NCBI GenBank assembly: GCA_026394475.1
Contig: JAPKYD010000108.1
Location: forward strand, 2,559-66,558
Direction of reading: 5' to 3'
DNA: 64,000 nt
DNA from: Methanothrix sp.
Lineage (GTDB): Archaea; Halobacteriota; Methanosarcinia; Methanotrichales; Methanotrichaceae
A model generated the notes under the pieces. The model did not search any database, was not told the origin of the DNA, and saw only the letters and a list, made by a program, of their open reading frames with translations. The number at the start of each line of letters is the position of its first letter. Position 1 is the first letter of the stretch. This document shows positions 48,534 through 59,737 of this stretch, in pieces. The translations under genes were made by a program, and so were the position numbers.

Positions 48534-49318
48534 CCTAAAGTGAGGTCGATCAGCTCGTATTTCAGGCCTTCCGATTCCAGGCGGTTGAGGAGGCTTGGAA
48601 TCTGCTCATCCACGCTGACCACCAGAGAGCTGATGCCGTGGTAGGCAGCCTCTACTGCCGACTCCTTGGCCCCGAAGATCACATCCGGCTCGCGCCCCAC
48701 TTTTCGCAGCGCCACCAGGGCCTCGATGCCAAGACACCCCACCATCTTCTCTTTGGAGAGCTGCTTTTCCAGGAGCTGCAAGTCCACCTTTCTCGAACCG
48801 CCAAGCTGCACCCGCGGCACCTTGCAGACCGTGATCCGCCCCTCCTCCAGGCTGATCAGCCCCCGCAGGTCAGACACGCCCACGTCTTCTCCGGATTTGG
48901 TCTCGCCGATAACTACTCCGCTGGCCTCAATGCCCTCTTTCTTGTTGGCATACAGGAGGCCGCTGCGCATCTCCAGGGAGACGCGCTCGCCTTCGGCCAG
49001 ATCCAACTCCGCCAGGGCCGTCCAGACGGAGACGTGGCTGATGATCTCCTCCATGACCACACGGGCATAGCGCTTCAGCTCGGCAGCGCTCTCTAGCAGC
49101 CACTCCACGCCCTCCTTGGTGATGCTGTAGCGCATTCGCCCATCCGTCGTGACCAGCCCGTCCGCCACCAGCTCTTTGATGTATTCTGAAACCGCCTGGG
49201 GTGTAACGCCTAGCCGCTCCGCCACCTCCTTCTGGCGCAGGTTGGGCTGATGGGCTGCGATCTCGACAAGTATTTGGAAACGCGAGCTTTCTCGCTTGCT
49301 CTGCAGGATATTGGCCAT
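48530..49318 (-). CDS. HTH transcriptional regulator (MarR/Crp-like, archaeal)
   Basis: QKEVAERLGVTPQAVSEYIKEL..DG.....RY.IT.EG. Confidence 0.85.
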   Translation of the reverse strand: MANILQSKRESSRFQILVEIAAHQPNLRQKEVAERLGVTPQAVSEYIKELVADGLVTTDGRMRYSITKEGVEWLLESAAELKRYARVVMEEIISHVSVWTALAELDLAEGERVSLEMRSGLLYANKKEGIEASGVVIGETKSGEDVGVSDLRGLISLEEGRITVCKVPRVQLGGSRKVDLQLLEKQLSKEKMVGCLGIEALVALRKVGREPDVIFGAKESAVEAAYHGISSLVVSVDEQIPSLLNRLESEGLKYELIDLTLG

Positions 49319-49848
49319 CAGAGATCCTCTTCATAAGGCTCGATGCGCTGGCCCCTCACCGCCAGCCTCTCCGCCCTCTTAGCCGCACCGCGGATGAATA
49401 TCTGGCTCAATCCCATCTCCCGGGAGAGGTTGGACAGGGAGTTGTTGCCGCCACCGACCATCTTCTGCAGCTTCTCGGTCACCGACCGCAGATCCTCGTC
49501 GGACATGAAGGTGAGGCTGATGAGCTCGCTCAGATCTTCCATGGAAGCCCCGAAGTTGGCCTGAACACGGGAGTAGGTGGAGTGATACTCCTTCTCAGGG
49601 CTGGCCCCAGGCTCCGGCACTCTCCATTTGGTCTCGATGAGGCCGCTCTTGCGAAGCAGTGTCACGCTGCGATGCACGCTGCTCTCGTCCCCGATAAGCA
49701 GAGCGAGCTCTCGCTCGGTATGCCAGTCCTTGCAGAGCTCGTCAAAGACCTTTTTGTGAACATTGGAGCCGAAGGCCTGGAGCAAAGGGACCAGATCCGA
49801 GGGATCGTTGATGATCCGAGTTCTCTTTCCCGTCACAAAGAACCTCAC
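49318..49848 (-). CDS. ArsR-like archaeal HTH regulator
   Basis: INDPSDLVPLLQAF, LRKSGLIE.KWR.P.PG..PEKEYH. Confidence 0.75.
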   Translation of the reverse strand: MRFFVTGKRTRIINDPSDLVPLLQAFGSNVHKKVFDELCKDWHTERELALLIGDESSVHRSVTLLRKSGLIETKWRVPEPGASPEKEYHSTYSRVQANFGASMEDLSELISLTFMSDEDLRSVTEKLQKMVGGGNNSLSNLSREMGLSQIFIRGAAKRAERLAVRGQRIEPYEEDL

Positions 49849-49867
49849 ATGTTTTCGGTATATTGCC

Positions 49868-51775
49868 TCAAATCAGCCTGACCGTCTCCAGATTCATAGG
49901 CGCCATGGTGGGGATTCTGTATCTCTTGTAGATGGAGCTGGCCAGATCGAGGCAGTTGCCCTCGTCGCCGTGGTTCGTCAGAACCTTTCCGGGCTTGGGA
50001 TAGATCCTGCGCATGTATTCCATGAGCTGCTGGCGGTCGGAGTGGCCGGAGAAACCATCCACCGTCGTTACCTCCAAGTTTATCTTCACCGTCTGGGTCT
50101 TGCCCTCCACAGAGAGAGGCAGCTCCTTCCAGCCCTTCTGGATGCGCCGCCCCAGGGTCCCCTCTGCCTGGTATCCTACTATTACCAGCGTATTTCTCTC
50201 GTCCGGCCCCAGGCGCTTGAGATACTCAATGACCGGCCCTCCGTTGAGCATGCCGCTGGTCGCCAGGATCACGCACGGCGTCCCTTCGATGATCTCCGTC
50301 CTTTGCTTGGGCGTCTCCACCTGCACAAAGCACTGGGCCAGGAAGGGATTGATTCCCTTATGGAATATCAGATCCCTCAGATCGTTGTTCAGATACTCAG
50401 GGTAAGTGGTGTGGATCGCCGTGGCCTCATAGATCATGCCATCCAGGTAGACCGGCACTTCCTCTATGACCTTCTTTCTGATGGCCTCCTCCAGGACCAC
50501 CATGACCTCCTGGCTGCGGCCCACGGAGAAGGCGGGAATGATGACCTTGCCGCCCCGCTTGACGGTATCCTTGACGACTTTGATCAGGTTGATTTCGGCC
50601 TCCTTCCGGGAGGGCTGAAGGCTGTTGGCTCCTCCATAGGTGGCCTCTGTCACCAGGGTCTCCAATCGCGGGAAGTTGCAGACCGCGGGATCAAAGAGCC
50701 TCGTCCTCTCGAACTTGAAGTCGCCGGTGAAGGCCACATTATAGAGGCCGTCTCCGATGTGGAAGTGAGCGATGGAGGAGCCCAGGATATGCCCGGCGTT
50801 ATGCATGGTAAGCTTGGTGTCGGGGGCGATGTCAGTGACATCTCCGTAGTTGAGGGTGATGGTATGCTTGAGAGCCTCACGGATCATGGCGGAGTCGTAG
50901 GGAAGCCGCTTGCCCTCACGGCCAGCCACCTCGATGTAATCCAGCTGCAGCAGCACAAACAGATCCCTGGTGGGCGGAGTGCAGTAGATGGGCCCATCGT
51001 AGCCGTATTTGTAGAGCATAGGGACCAGGCCGGCATGGTCCAGGTGAGCGTGCGTTAAGACCACGGCATCTATTTGATTGAGCGGATAGACCTCGGGCAC
51101 ATAAAGGAAAGGCGTTGCGGAATCGTCCGACCCCACGTTTATGCCGCAGTCGATGATGATCCTGGACTCTGGAGTGGAAAGAAGCATGCAGCTCCTGCCC
51201 ACCTCGCGGCAGCCGCCCAAAGTTGTGATCCTGACCCACTGATCCTTGGAAGCGATGTCCCTGTGGATCTTCCGGCCCACAGTGCGCAAGATGTTCTTCC
51301 TCTCGGACTGAACACTGCGCAGATAATCCTTGATGTTGGCGATGGTCGAAGACCGCACGGGCGGAGTTCTGACCACCTTCGGAGTCCAGCCGATAAGCTT
51401 GGTTATCTCGCGGAGCGTAGCTCCGTGCCGACCAATGACCAGGCCTGGCTTCTCCGCCTCGATCTGGACCTCGCCGGTCTCGCCATCGAAGTGGTAGTTG
51501 GTGAGAACCGCCTCTTTGGGCACAACCTCCTGGATCTTGGTTATGGCAACCTCGGGCTCGGCCAGGACCTTCAGATCCGGCCGGACCACAACCCGCTTGC
51601 GCAGCTCCTTGGCCAGGTTGCGAATGATCTCACCGTCGTCTGCCAGCCTTTTCGGGTCGTCAGTGTAAATGACCAGCTCCGGGCCTTCGAACTCCAGCCC
51701 CGTGACATTGATGTCCGGGGGCAGCTTGCTCTGCACCTTTCGTTTGAGCTCAAAAAGTACTTCTTCTACCGACAA
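49868..51775 (-). CDS. fttA: aCPSF1 / FttA beta-CASP ribonuclease (transcription termination factor)
   Basis: N-terminal KH domains (KPGLVIG), [31 protein letters not shown]. Confidence 0.95.
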   Translation of the reverse strand: MSVEEVLFELKRKVQSKLPPDINVTGLEFEGPELVIYTDDPKRLADDGEIIRNLAKELRKRVVVRPDLKVLAEPEVAITKIQEVVPKEAVLTNYHFDGETGEVQIEAEKPGLVIGRHGATLREITKLIGWTPKVVRTPPVRSSTIANIKDYLRSVQSERKNILRTVGRKIHRDIASKDQWVRITTLGGCREVGRSCMLLSTPESRIIIDCGINVGSDDSATPFLYVPEVYPLNQIDAVVLTHAHLDHAGLVPMLYKYGYDGPIYCTPPTRDLFVLLQLDYIEVAGREGKRLPYDSAMIREALKHTITLNYGDVTDIAPDTKLTMHNAGHILGSSIAHFHIGDGLYNVAFTGDFKFERTRLFDPAVCNFPRLETLVTEATYGGANSLQPSRKEAEINLIKVVKDTVKRGGKVIIPAFSVGRSQEVMVVLEEAIRKKVIEEVPVYLDGMIYEATAIHTTYPEYLNNDLRDLIFHKGINPFLAQCFVQVETPKQRTEIIEGTPCVILATSGMLNGGPVIEYLKRLGPDERNTLVIVGYQAEGTLGRRIQKGWKELPLSVEGKTQTVKINLEVTTVDGFSGHSDRQQLMEYMRRIYPKPGKVLTNHGDEGNCLDLASSIYKRYRIPTMAPMNLETVRLI

Positions 51776-51795
51776 GGGAACACATCCAAAAAAGG

Positions 51796-52416
51796 TTAGA
51801 GGAGCAACATGATCTCCTGGAACTCTTGCTCGCCTACCTCCTCGTATTTATCAGTAATCCTGACGAGCTCGATCTTATCGCCCGAAGCGGAATCTCGCTT
51901 CATGGCGTTATGAATTGCCCTGGCAGCGAGCACGGTTCCATCCCGCATGCTCAAGCCCGGCTTGTACATGGCTTCTAGGACGCCATAGGCTATGGGAGAG
52001 CCGGAACCGGTGGATACGATCCTCCTCTCCTCAATCTGCCCGCCCAGCGCATCCAGAGAATAGATCTTGGGGCCATACCTGTCCACGCCGCCCATGATGA
52101 GCTGAACCATGAAAGGATAATACCTTCGAGAAGAGAGGATATTGGACAGCATGGAAGTGATAGCCTTGATGGTCATGGGCTCGCCCCTCTGCATCCTGTA
52201 AAGCCTTGCTTCGACCTGAACCATCCGGACCAGCGACTGAGCATCTCCCACCACGCCAGCGGTAGTCAGACCCACCAGATCGTCGACCTGGTAGATCTTC
52301 TTGGCTGTGCTGCTGGCTATGAAGCTGCCCATGGTAGCACGGCTCTCCGATGCAAGGACCACACCTCCATCGCAGAGTAGACCTACCGTAGTTGTACCTT
52401 TGAACACCTCGACCAT
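51796..52416 (-). CDS. psmB: Proteasome beta subunit
   Basis: KG|TTTVG autocatalytic Thr, [19 protein letters not shown]. Confidence 0.96.
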   Translation of the reverse strand: MVEVFKGTTTVGLLCDGGVVLASESRATMGSFIASSTAKKIYQVDDLVGLTTAGVVGDAQSLVRMVQVEARLYRMQRGEPMTIKAITSMLSNILSSRRYYPFMVQLIMGGVDRYGPKIYSLDALGGQIEERRIVSTGSGSPIAYGVLEAMYKPGLSMRDGTVLAARAIHNAMKRDSASGDKIELVRITDKYEEVGEQEFQEIMLLL

Positions 52417-52568
52417 CTAATTACCTCAACTAAAATCAGAAACGGACATGATCTTCTTTACATCGACGCTATAAATACTTTCCGCCGATGCTTTCTGCCA
52501 TTTCCAAGAATAGAGAAAGCAAAAAGCATACGAACGCTAGAAATACGAGACCGTTCAAGCTAATCCTG

Positions 52569-53384
52569 GTGAACGACCTAATCGCATGGATCCATAGGTA
52601 CTACATCGATCCCATAATCTACGATACCAGCTACAATCCCATAGATACCGCCACCTGGGCGATAATCCTGGGCCTGGCCATCCTCGGCCTGATGAGGCTG
52701 TTTCGTCGCTGGGAGCTGAAGATGGATGAGAGGCTGATAGTTTATACCCTTCCCTTCATCCTGGCGGGTTCGAGCCTCAGAGTGATTGAAGATGCCGAGC
52801 TTGTTTCGCCGCCATGGAAATACTTGCTCATAACGCCCCTTATCTTCTTTTTGGTCTTTCTGATCACAGCCACCTGTCTTCTCCTAACCAGAAAGATTCT
52901 GGGTAAGGAGTTTTACAGGGGCTATGCGGCCATCGGCCTGGCCTGGACCGCTCTTGACCTGGCCGCCCTTTTCGCCGTCGGATTCAGAAACGCCTGGGTC
53001 ATAGCCGCGGTCCTCCTCCTAGGATCGACCTTTACCGTGGGCATCCTCTTTCTCAGACACGCCCTGCCCTGGCTGCAGTTTCTGGACGACAGATTAAACC
53101 TGATGATCATCTACGCCCACCTGCTGGATGCCAGCTCAACTTACCTTGGCGTGGATTGGTTCGCATACTACGAAAAGCATGTAGTCCCCACTTTTCTTAT
53201 AGACCTCACAGGCACGGCAGCAATAATGTTTCCATTAAAGCTATTGATACTATTACCAGTGCTGAGCATGATAGATCGATCCCTGGAGGACCCGTCTCTT
53301 TGCAATCTCACTAAGCTGACTCTGATAACTCTGGGGCTCGCTCCTGCCGTTCGAAATACCCTTCGTCTGGCCCTGGGAGTTTAA
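52569..53384 (+). CDS. DUF63-family membrane protein
   Basis: YNPIDT, LRVIED, LITPLI, HLLDASST, YYEKHV, LGLAPAVRN. Confidence 0.85.
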   Translation: MNDLIAWIHRYYIDPIIYDTSYNPIDTATWAIILGLAILGLMRLFRRWELKMDERLIVYTLPFILAGSSLRVIEDAELVSPPWKYLLITPLIFFLVFLITATCLLLTRKILGKEFYRGYAAIGLAWTALDLAALFAVGFRNAWVIAAVLLLGSTFTVGILFLRHALPWLQFLDDRLNLMIIYAHLLDASSTYLGVDWFAYYEKHVVPTFLIDLTGTAAIMFPLKLLILLPVLSMIDRSLEDPSLCNLTKLTLITLGLAPAVRNTLRLALGV

Positions 53385-53421
53385 AAAAAACAAAAAGCAA
53401 TGAAGCGAGAAAGAAAAGGGA

Positions 53422-55230
53422 TCAGTCCGAATGCGCTCTCTGCACCTCGACCTTTTCTCCATTCTTCAGCCGTTTGAGAACGCACTTGGCCATCTCCGAG
53501 GACTTGGCGACCCGAATGTCGCCTCGACGACCCACGGTGGCGGTGAATATCGGCTCCTCGCCCACATAGACCTCCACGGACTCGCCAGCAAGGTCTTCCA
53601 GCCAGATAATGAGATGCTTGGCCGTCTCCTCCACCCGCGGAGCGGAAAGGGCGGGCTCATCCTTGGCGCGAACATCGATGTGCATTCCCAGAGTCTTCTC
53701 GATCTGGTCTATGTTCTTGCCGGCCTTGCCTATCACCTTCGCCGCCTCGTCCTGAGGAACGCGGATCACGGCGGATGAGTCGGTGAGCATTTCCACCTGG
53801 AAAGGCCCGCGCACATGATGGGAGATCTCCTTCTCGATCTCTCGCGAGGCAAGCGTCCAGGACGGCTTCTTGCCCTCCTTGCAAACAGGCATTACCACGA
53901 TCTCCTCGCCGTAAGTGTACATCTCATACTCCGGCATGCCGGTCTCGAAGTCCTTGACCACGATCACCGGCCGGGCCAGATCCGCCTCCACCATCCCCGA
54001 AGGAACCTTGACCACGAACTCCACGTCCAGTACTTTGGTAACCTCGCCCTTCTCGATGAAGACCACGGTGTCCACCACCTGCGGTATCATGCCCAGGTCG
54101 ACCCTGCCCAAGAGCCGCTGCAGCGCATCGATGGGCTTGTTGGCATGCACCACTCCGATCATGCCCACCCCAGCTAGGCGCATATCGGCGAAGACCCGGA
54201 AGTCGCGAGTCTTGCGGACTTCATCGTAGATGGTGTAGTCCGGTCTGACCAGCAGCAGTATATCCGCTGAGGCCTCCATGCTCCCCTCCAGGGGGCCGTA
54301 CTGGGTTATCTCCGCAGGGACCTGCAGATCGCGTGGTGATTCCAGGGTCTTGACCACGAAGTTGCACTTCAGCAGATACTCGGCCACGCCTGCCGCAAAA
54401 GTGGACTTGCCTGAGCCCGGAGGCCCGGCGATGAGAATTCCCCTCTGGCTCTCTTTGAGCCTCGCCTTCAGCTCTGTGCTGTGCCGATAGGAGTCAAAGC
54501 TCACCTTGGCCACGGGTCTTACCGCAGTTATCTCCAGCCCATCGGAGAAAGGAGGCTTGGCTATGGCGATCCTCATAGGCCCGAGCTGGATTATGGAAGC
54601 ACCCATCTTCTCCATCTCCACGTAGCCTTCCGGGTCCGCCTTGGCTCGCTCGTAGATCTCCCGAGAGAGATCCCGCAGTTCCCTCTCAGAAAGAGGCCGC
54701 TCGCTCAGACGAACCAGACTGAAATCGCCCACCTTGCCGCGCTTGGCCATGGGCACTGCGCTCTCCTTGAGGTGCACGGAGAGCGTATCTTCGGTGAAGT
54801 ACTTATCTAAAGACAAGGGCTTGATGGCCTCGCGCTGCGGGCGGACGTACTCCACGTCTAGGCCCATGGCCTCCGCCACTCTGAACTGAACGTGGTCGCT
54901 GGTCAGGAAGGACGCCCCCAGCTCGAGGGCGACATCCCGGATCATGGCGTCAATCTCCCCTCCGCCGGCGAGCTTGATCTGGTCCAGGTTGGGCCGAATA
55001 CCCACATACTCCAGCTCAATCTTGCCTGCCTTGGCCAGCTCGGAGAGCCTTCTCAGCTCTTCCAGTCCTCTTAAGCCGATATCTCGCCCGTGGTTGGCCT
55101 GGGCCTCCAGCTCCGCTACTACCGCTTCCGGCACGACGATTCTCCGGCCCTGGAGCTCACCTGCTTTGATCTTGGCAGAAACCCTGCCGTCTATAACCAC
55201 ACTGGTATCTGGCACTAACGGTTGCGCCAT
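53422..55230 (-). CDS. PIN-domain ATPase with KH domain (PINA-like)
   Basis: VPDTSVVIDG, GPPGSGKST, ESPRDL, RPDYTIYDE, GMIGVVHA, KH VIGKAGKNI. Confidence 0.92.
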   Translation of the reverse strand: MAQPLVPDTSVVIDGRVSAKIKAGELQGRRIVVPEAVVAELEAQANHGRDIGLRGLEELRRLSELAKAGKIELEYVGIRPNLDQIKLAGGGEIDAMIRDVALELGASFLTSDHVQFRVAEAMGLDVEYVRPQREAIKPLSLDKYFTEDTLSVHLKESAVPMAKRGKVGDFSLVRLSERPLSERELRDLSREIYERAKADPEGYVEMEKMGASIIQLGPMRIAIAKPPFSDGLEITAVRPVAKVSFDSYRHSTELKARLKESQRGILIAGPPGSGKSTFAAGVAEYLLKCNFVVKTLESPRDLQVPAEITQYGPLEGSMEASADILLLVRPDYTIYDEVRKTRDFRVFADMRLAGVGMIGVVHANKPIDALQRLLGRVDLGMIPQVVDTVVFIEKGEVTKVLDVEFVVKVPSGMVEADLARPVIVVKDFETGMPEYEMYTYGEEIVVMPVCKEGKKPSWTLASREIEKEISHHVRGPFQVEMLTDSSAVIRVPQDEAAKVIGKAGKNIDQIEKTLGMHIDVRAKDEPALSAPRVEETAKHLIIWLEDLAGESVEVYVGEEPIFTATVGRRGDIRVAKSSEMAKCVLKRLKNGEKVEVQRAHSD

Positions 55231-55280
55231 CGTTGAAAACATCCTTTAATTATCAATTATCAGCTAAAGCTGAAATAGAG

Positions 55281-55961
55281 CTAGAGATATACTATATCCA
55301 TCTTTCGCTTTTTAGCAATCCATTCCAGCACATAGTCTATGTCCAGCAGCCTTCTGGTCTGCAGGCCGGCATTTACCAACAGAACGGGACCGCTCTTCAT
55401 GGCCAGAGCGATCTTCCGGGAAGCTTCCGCGCCAAATCCAGGGTCCAATCTCTTCAAGAGATAGAGCTTGAGATCACAGCATGCGAAGCCTTCATCGGTC
55501 ATGTGGCCAAACTCGATGCAGACATTTCCCTTTCCAGGCTGCAGCCGGAAAGCTACGCTGTAGCTGGCAAACTTGCTCCGGTCATAGAGCTTCCTCTCAA
55601 AAAAAGCCGGCCGGAGATCCTCTTCCAGTATGGCCTTCCCCAGAGCCTCCAGCTCCTCCTGAGCCTTCCGGGAGTATAGAGGGCAGCCTGCCAGCTTCAA
55701 AGCGGTGAGATTCTTTAAAGATGCCTCCTTGGCATGACAGTGCTCGCTGCCATCCACCGCCCAGAAATCGTTGGTGAGGGGAAAAGAGGCGGATGCATAA
55801 TTGTCACAGCTTTTGCACTTCATCCTGATGATGGCTTCCTTGTCCAGGAAGGACGCGATCCCCTCTAAGACCGCAAGCGCGTCTGCAACACGAAAGTCTG
55901 CACCGGCCCCGAGAGTTTTTTTTGCTTCCCGGACCGCAAAGAGTATTTCGTTCTTGTCCAT
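55281..55961 (-). CDS. Hypothetical protein (Cys/His cluster)
   Basis: 226-aa ORF with CKSC...HCH...CP. Confidence 0.55.
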   Translation of the reverse strand: MDKNEILFAVREAKKTLGAGADFRVADALAVLEGIASFLDKEAIIRMKCKSCDNYASASFPLTNDFWAVDGSEHCHAKEASLKNLTALKLAGCPLYSRKAQEELEALGKAILEEDLRPAFFERKLYDRSKFASYSVAFRLQPGKGNVCIEFGHMTDEGFACCDLKLYLLKRLDPGFGAEASRKIALAMKSGPVLLVNAGLQTRRLLDIDYVLEWIAKKRKMDIVYL

Positions 55962-56122
55962 AGACTATCCTTCATGTGCCAGGGTCTTTTACCAGGCACA
56001 TGAACTCAATTAATGCAGAACATCTTACATAAGAACTTGCCGCGGCTCCGAAAGAGATATATTTACTCATCACTTTTTCGCGGAGAAGAGGAGATAAGCT
56101 CGCCAAGATAGGAGGTCAGCCC

Positions 56123-56659
56123 TTGAAGGAAATACGCTTACACGGTCGTGGAGGTCAGGGATCCGTCACTGCGGCCGAGATAATAGCCGTTGCGGCTTTT
56201 GAGGATAAGAGGTTCTCTCAGGCATTTCCGGCCTTCGGTGTGGAACGCAGAGGAGCGCCGGTCATGGCCTTTGCCAGAATCGCCGACCAGCCCATACGGA
56301 TAAGAAGCCAGATCTACGAGCCCGATTACGTCATTGTGCAGGACGTCACATTGCTGGACGTGGTCAACGTGGCCAGCGGGCTCAAACCCGATGGCAAGAT
56401 AATAATAAACACCGACCGACCGAAGGAGAAGCTCAAGCTCAGCACCAAGGCAGAGGTGATCACCATCGACGCCACCAAGATCGCCATGGAGGTCCTGGGA
56501 AGGCCCATTGTAAATACCACCATGCTGGGAGCATTTTCTGGTGCGACCAAAGAGATCGCCCTGGAGAGCCTGAACACTGCCATCTCCGATCGCTTCAAGG
56601 GTGAGCTGGGCAAAAATAACCTGCTCGCCATTAAAACTGCCTATGAGAGGGTTTCTTGA
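56123..56659 (+). CDS. porC: Pyruvate:ferredoxin oxidoreductase gamma subunit
   Basis: [28 protein letters not shown]. Confidence 0.93.
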   Translation: MKEIRLHGRGGQGSVTAAEIIAVAAFEDKRFSQAFPAFGVERRGAPVMAFARIADQPIRIRSQIYEPDYVIVQDVTLLDVVNVASGLKPDGKIIINTDRPKEKLKLSTKAEVITIDATKIAMEVLGRPIVNTTMLGAFSGATKEIALESLNTAISDRFKGELGKNNLLAIKTAYERVS

Positions 56660-56988
56660 TGGAGATAAAAGCAGGCAAACTGGTAGATCCGTGCAGCACC
56701 CAGATCACTAAAACCGGTGCCTGGCGGACATTCGTTCCCGTGGTCGACCATAAGGAATGCATCAAATGCAACCTCTGTGAGATCTTTTGCCCCGAGGGCT
56801 GCATCCACCAGGTCTCCAGCAAAGATGTCGACGCTCTGCTCAAATATGGATACAAACCAGATCAGATCAGCTCTTTGCCCAAGGATGATATCCTCTTTGT
56901 TCCTGACCTGAACTACTGCAAGGGCTGCAGCGTGTGTGCTCACGAGTGCCCGCGCAAGGCGATAGAGATGTTCCTGGAGGAGAAGTGA
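56656..56988 (+). CDS. porD: Pyruvate:ferredoxin oxidoreductase delta subunit (2[4Fe-4S])
   Basis: [34 protein letters not shown]. Confidence 0.93.
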   Translation: MMEIKAGKLVDPCSTQITKTGAWRTFVPVVDHKECIKCNLCEIFCPEGCIHQVSSKDVDALLKYGYKPDQISSLPKDDILFVPDLNYCKGCSVCAHECPRKAIEMFLEEK

Positions 56989-58217
56989 TGAGCCAAAAAA
57001 TGTCATCTCAAGCTTATGCCGATAAGCCCGCAAGATCCGCCAACATGAAAGTGGTCGAAGGCTCCTACGCCGTGGCCCATGCGGTTATGTGCTGCTTACC
57101 GGATGTGATCTCCGCCTATCCCATAACGCCTCAGACTCACATTGTGGAGCACCTCTCGCAGATGGTGGCCGATGGCGAGCTTGACAGCGAATTTTTGACC
57201 GTTGACTCTGAGTTCTCAGCCTTGTCCGTTTTAGTCGGCGCCAGCGCTGCCGGTGCCAGAAGCTACTCCTCGACCACCAGCCAGGGGCTGGCCCTGATGT
57301 ACGAGGTGCTGTACAATGTTTCCGGCATGCGCCTGCCCATCGTCATGAACGTCGCCAACCGCGCCCTCAGCGCCCCGCTGAACATCTGGAATGACCAGCA
57401 GGACTCCATCGGTGCCCGCGATGTGGGATGGCTGCAGATCTATGTGGAGGATGTACAGGAGGCGGTGGATGCGACGCTCCAGGCCTACAAGATTGCCGAG
57501 GATCCTGCAATAAGGACGCCCATCATGGTCTGCATGGATGGCTACATCCTGACGCACGTCTATGAGCCGGTGGAGCTCCTGGACAAAGAGCTGTCCAGGG
57601 AGTTCCTGCCTCCCTTCCAGCCTGAGAACATCCTGGATCCAAGCGATCCCAAGACCTTCGGAGCCTTCGCCGACCCCACCACCTACACGGAGTTTCGATA
57701 CCTGCAGTTCGAGGCCCAGCAAAAAGCCCTTGGGACGATCGAGAAGGTCGCCAAGGAGTTCGAGGAGACCTTCGGAAGATACTACGGAGGGCTGGTGGAC
57801 AGCTACCGTGCGGAGGATGCGGAGATAGTAATAGTAACCATGGGCTCGGTGATTGGAACCATCAAGGACGCTATAGATGCCAAGCGAGCCGAGGGCAAGA
57901 AGGTAGGGTTGGTCAAGGTCAGGTCCTACAGGCCGTTCCCGGTCCAGGCCCTTCGCAAGACTCTGAAAGATGCCAGCGTCATCGCCGTGCTGGAAAAGGA
58001 TGTGGCCATCGGGGGCGAGGCCGGGCTGCTCACGGACCTGAAGGCGGCCTTATACAACAGCAGCATCCGCACGCCGATCATCGGCTTCACGGCCGGCCTT
58101 GGCGGCCGCGACATCACCATCAAGGACATAAGGAAGATCGTGGAGAAGGCCGACGCTGCCCGCAAAAAGATAGAATCCGAGTTTGAGTTCCTGGATCTAA
58201 GAATGGAGATCCTTTAG
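56988..58217 (+). CDS. porA: Pyruvate:ferredoxin oxidoreductase alpha subunit
   Basis: AYPITPQT, TTSQGL, RLPIV..VANRA, RSYRPFP, GLGGRD. Confidence 0.95.
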   Translation: MSQKMSSQAYADKPARSANMKVVEGSYAVAHAVMCCLPDVISAYPITPQTHIVEHLSQMVADGELDSEFLTVDSEFSALSVLVGASAAGARSYSSTTSQGLALMYEVLYNVSGMRLPIVMNVANRALSAPLNIWNDQQDSIGARDVGWLQIYVEDVQEAVDATLQAYKIAEDPAIRTPIMVCMDGYILTHVYEPVELLDKELSREFLPPFQPENILDPSDPKTFGAFADPTTYTEFRYLQFEAQQKALGTIEKVAKEFEETFGRYYGGLVDSYRAEDAEIVIVTMGSVIGTIKDAIDAKRAEGKKVGLVKVRSYRPFPVQALRKTLKDASVIAVLEKDVAIGGEAGLLTDLKAALYNSSIRTPIIGFTAGLGGRDITIKDIRKIVEKADAARKKIESEFEFLDLRMEIL

Positions 58218-58220
58218 GAG

Positions 58221-59105
58221 GTGAAGAGAATGGAAAAATCTTTGCTCGCCCCAGGGCACAGGGCCTGTGCGGGATGCGCCATGCCCACTACCATCAAGCT
58301 CGTCCTGGATGCCGCGGGACCGAACACCATCGTGGTCTCGCCCACCAGCTGTCTGGAGGTCACCACCACGCCCTTCCCGGAGAGCGCCTGGTGTGTTCCC
58401 TGGATTCACTCCTTATTCGAGAACGCCGCCGCCGTAGCCTCGGGTGTGGAGGTGATGCTGAAGAGAAAGTGTAAAGATACGAACGTGGTAGTGATCGGCG
58501 GTGACGGCAGCACCTTCGACATCGGCATGGGCTCCAACTCCGGCATGTTCGAGCGCGGCCATAAGATTCTCTACGTCTGCTACGACAACGAGGCCTACAT
58601 GAACACCGGTGTGCAGCGCAGCGGCTCCACGCCCTTCTGCGCGCAAACTACCACCACCCCGTCCGGCTCCAAATCCCTGGGCAACCCCCGGCCCAAGAAG
58701 GATATGCCCGCCATAGCCATGGCCCACAAGGTGCCCTACGTGGCCACGGCCTCGGTAGCCTACCCTGTGGACCTGAGAAGGAAGGTGAAGGCTGCTCTGC
58801 GGGTCAATGGGCCATCCTACATTCAGGTAAACGCGCCCTGCATCACCGGCTGGACCTTCGACGCCGGAACCATGATTGAGGTGGCGCGCCTCGCTGTGGA
58901 AACTGGCCTGTGGCCCCTCGCGGAGTGGGTCAATGGAGAGCTGGTCGGCGTGAAGAAGGTGCGCCGTGCGAAGCCCGTGGAAGAGTACCTCAAGAGCCAG
59001 GGCAGATACAGGCATCTCTTCAAGAGACCTGAGGGTGCAGATATCTTGAAGCAGATTCAGGCCATGGCGGACGCGAACATAGCCAAGTACAAGCTGGCGG
59101 ACTAG
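58221..59105 (+). CDS. porB: Pyruvate:ferredoxin oxidoreductase beta subunit
   Basis: GHRACAGC, GGDG..DIG, DNEAYMNTG.QRS. Confidence 0.95.
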   Translation: MKRMEKSLLAPGHRACAGCAMPTTIKLVLDAAGPNTIVVSPTSCLEVTTTPFPESAWCVPWIHSLFENAAAVASGVEVMLKRKCKDTNVVVIGGDGSTFDIGMGSNSGMFERGHKILYVCYDNEAYMNTGVQRSGSTPFCAQTTTTPSGSKSLGNPRPKKDMPAIAMAHKVPYVATASVAYPVDLRRKVKAALRVNGPSYIQVNAPCITGWTFDAGTMIEVARLAVETGLWPLAEWVNGELVGVKKVRRAKPVEEYLKSQGRYRHLFKRPEGADILKQIQAMADANIAKYKLAD

Positions 59106-59107
59106 GT

Positions 59108-59728
59108 ATGTACGTTGGCCGGATAGTAGTAGTAGGCAAAAGTTTGGGGAGGAGCTTTGTGGCCTACCGGGTCTCCTCCCGCTCTTTTCCCAACCGAAGA
59201 GCGGAGATCCGGGGCAAGGGCATCCTCGTCTCGCCTTCGGATCCAGCGGACCTGGCGAAGAATCCCTACATTGCCTACAACTGCATCCGCGTCCTCGACA
59301 ATGTTGCCGTCGTCGCCAACGGCACGCAAGCAGACATGATCCTGGAGAAGATCGAGGATGGGCTGCGACCTTTGCCGGCCATCGCCCTTAGTCTGGTGGC
59401 CTTTGGCTACGAGAGAGACGAGCTGGACACGCCCCGGCTGGCGGGAGCTGTGAGAGGAGAGAAGGCCTGGCTGGGAATAGCCAAGAGAGAGGAGTTCAGG
59501 GCCAAGGAGTTCCATCTTGGGGATGGCGACGCATTCATGGTGGCTACCTACGAGAAGACGGAGTTCGAGCCCCTCAGCATGGGCGGCATAAGCTCAGGCG
59601 AGATCGCTCGGGCGGCCTATGATCTGTCCTTCCAGAGGCCCGTTTGCGCAGCGGCTGCCCTATCTCTTTCCGAAGGGCAAGGGAGTGAGAGCAAGGGATT
59701 TGAGCTGGCAGTCTACAATCCGAAGTAG
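59108..59728 (+). CDS. purO: Archaeal IMP cyclohydrolase
   Basis: MYVGR, YRVSSRSFPNR, NPYIAYNC, YERDELDTPR. Confidence 0.92.
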   Translation: MYVGRIVVVGKSLGRSFVAYRVSSRSFPNRRAEIRGKGILVSPSDPADLAKNPYIAYNCIRVLDNVAVVANGTQADMILEKIEDGLRPLPAIALSLVAFGYERDELDTPRLAGAVRGEKAWLGIAKREEFRAKEFHLGDGDAFMVATYEKTEFEPLSMGGISSGEIARAAYDLSFQRPVCAAAALSLSEGQGSESKGFELAVYNPK

Positions 59729-59737
59729 AGGGATGTT

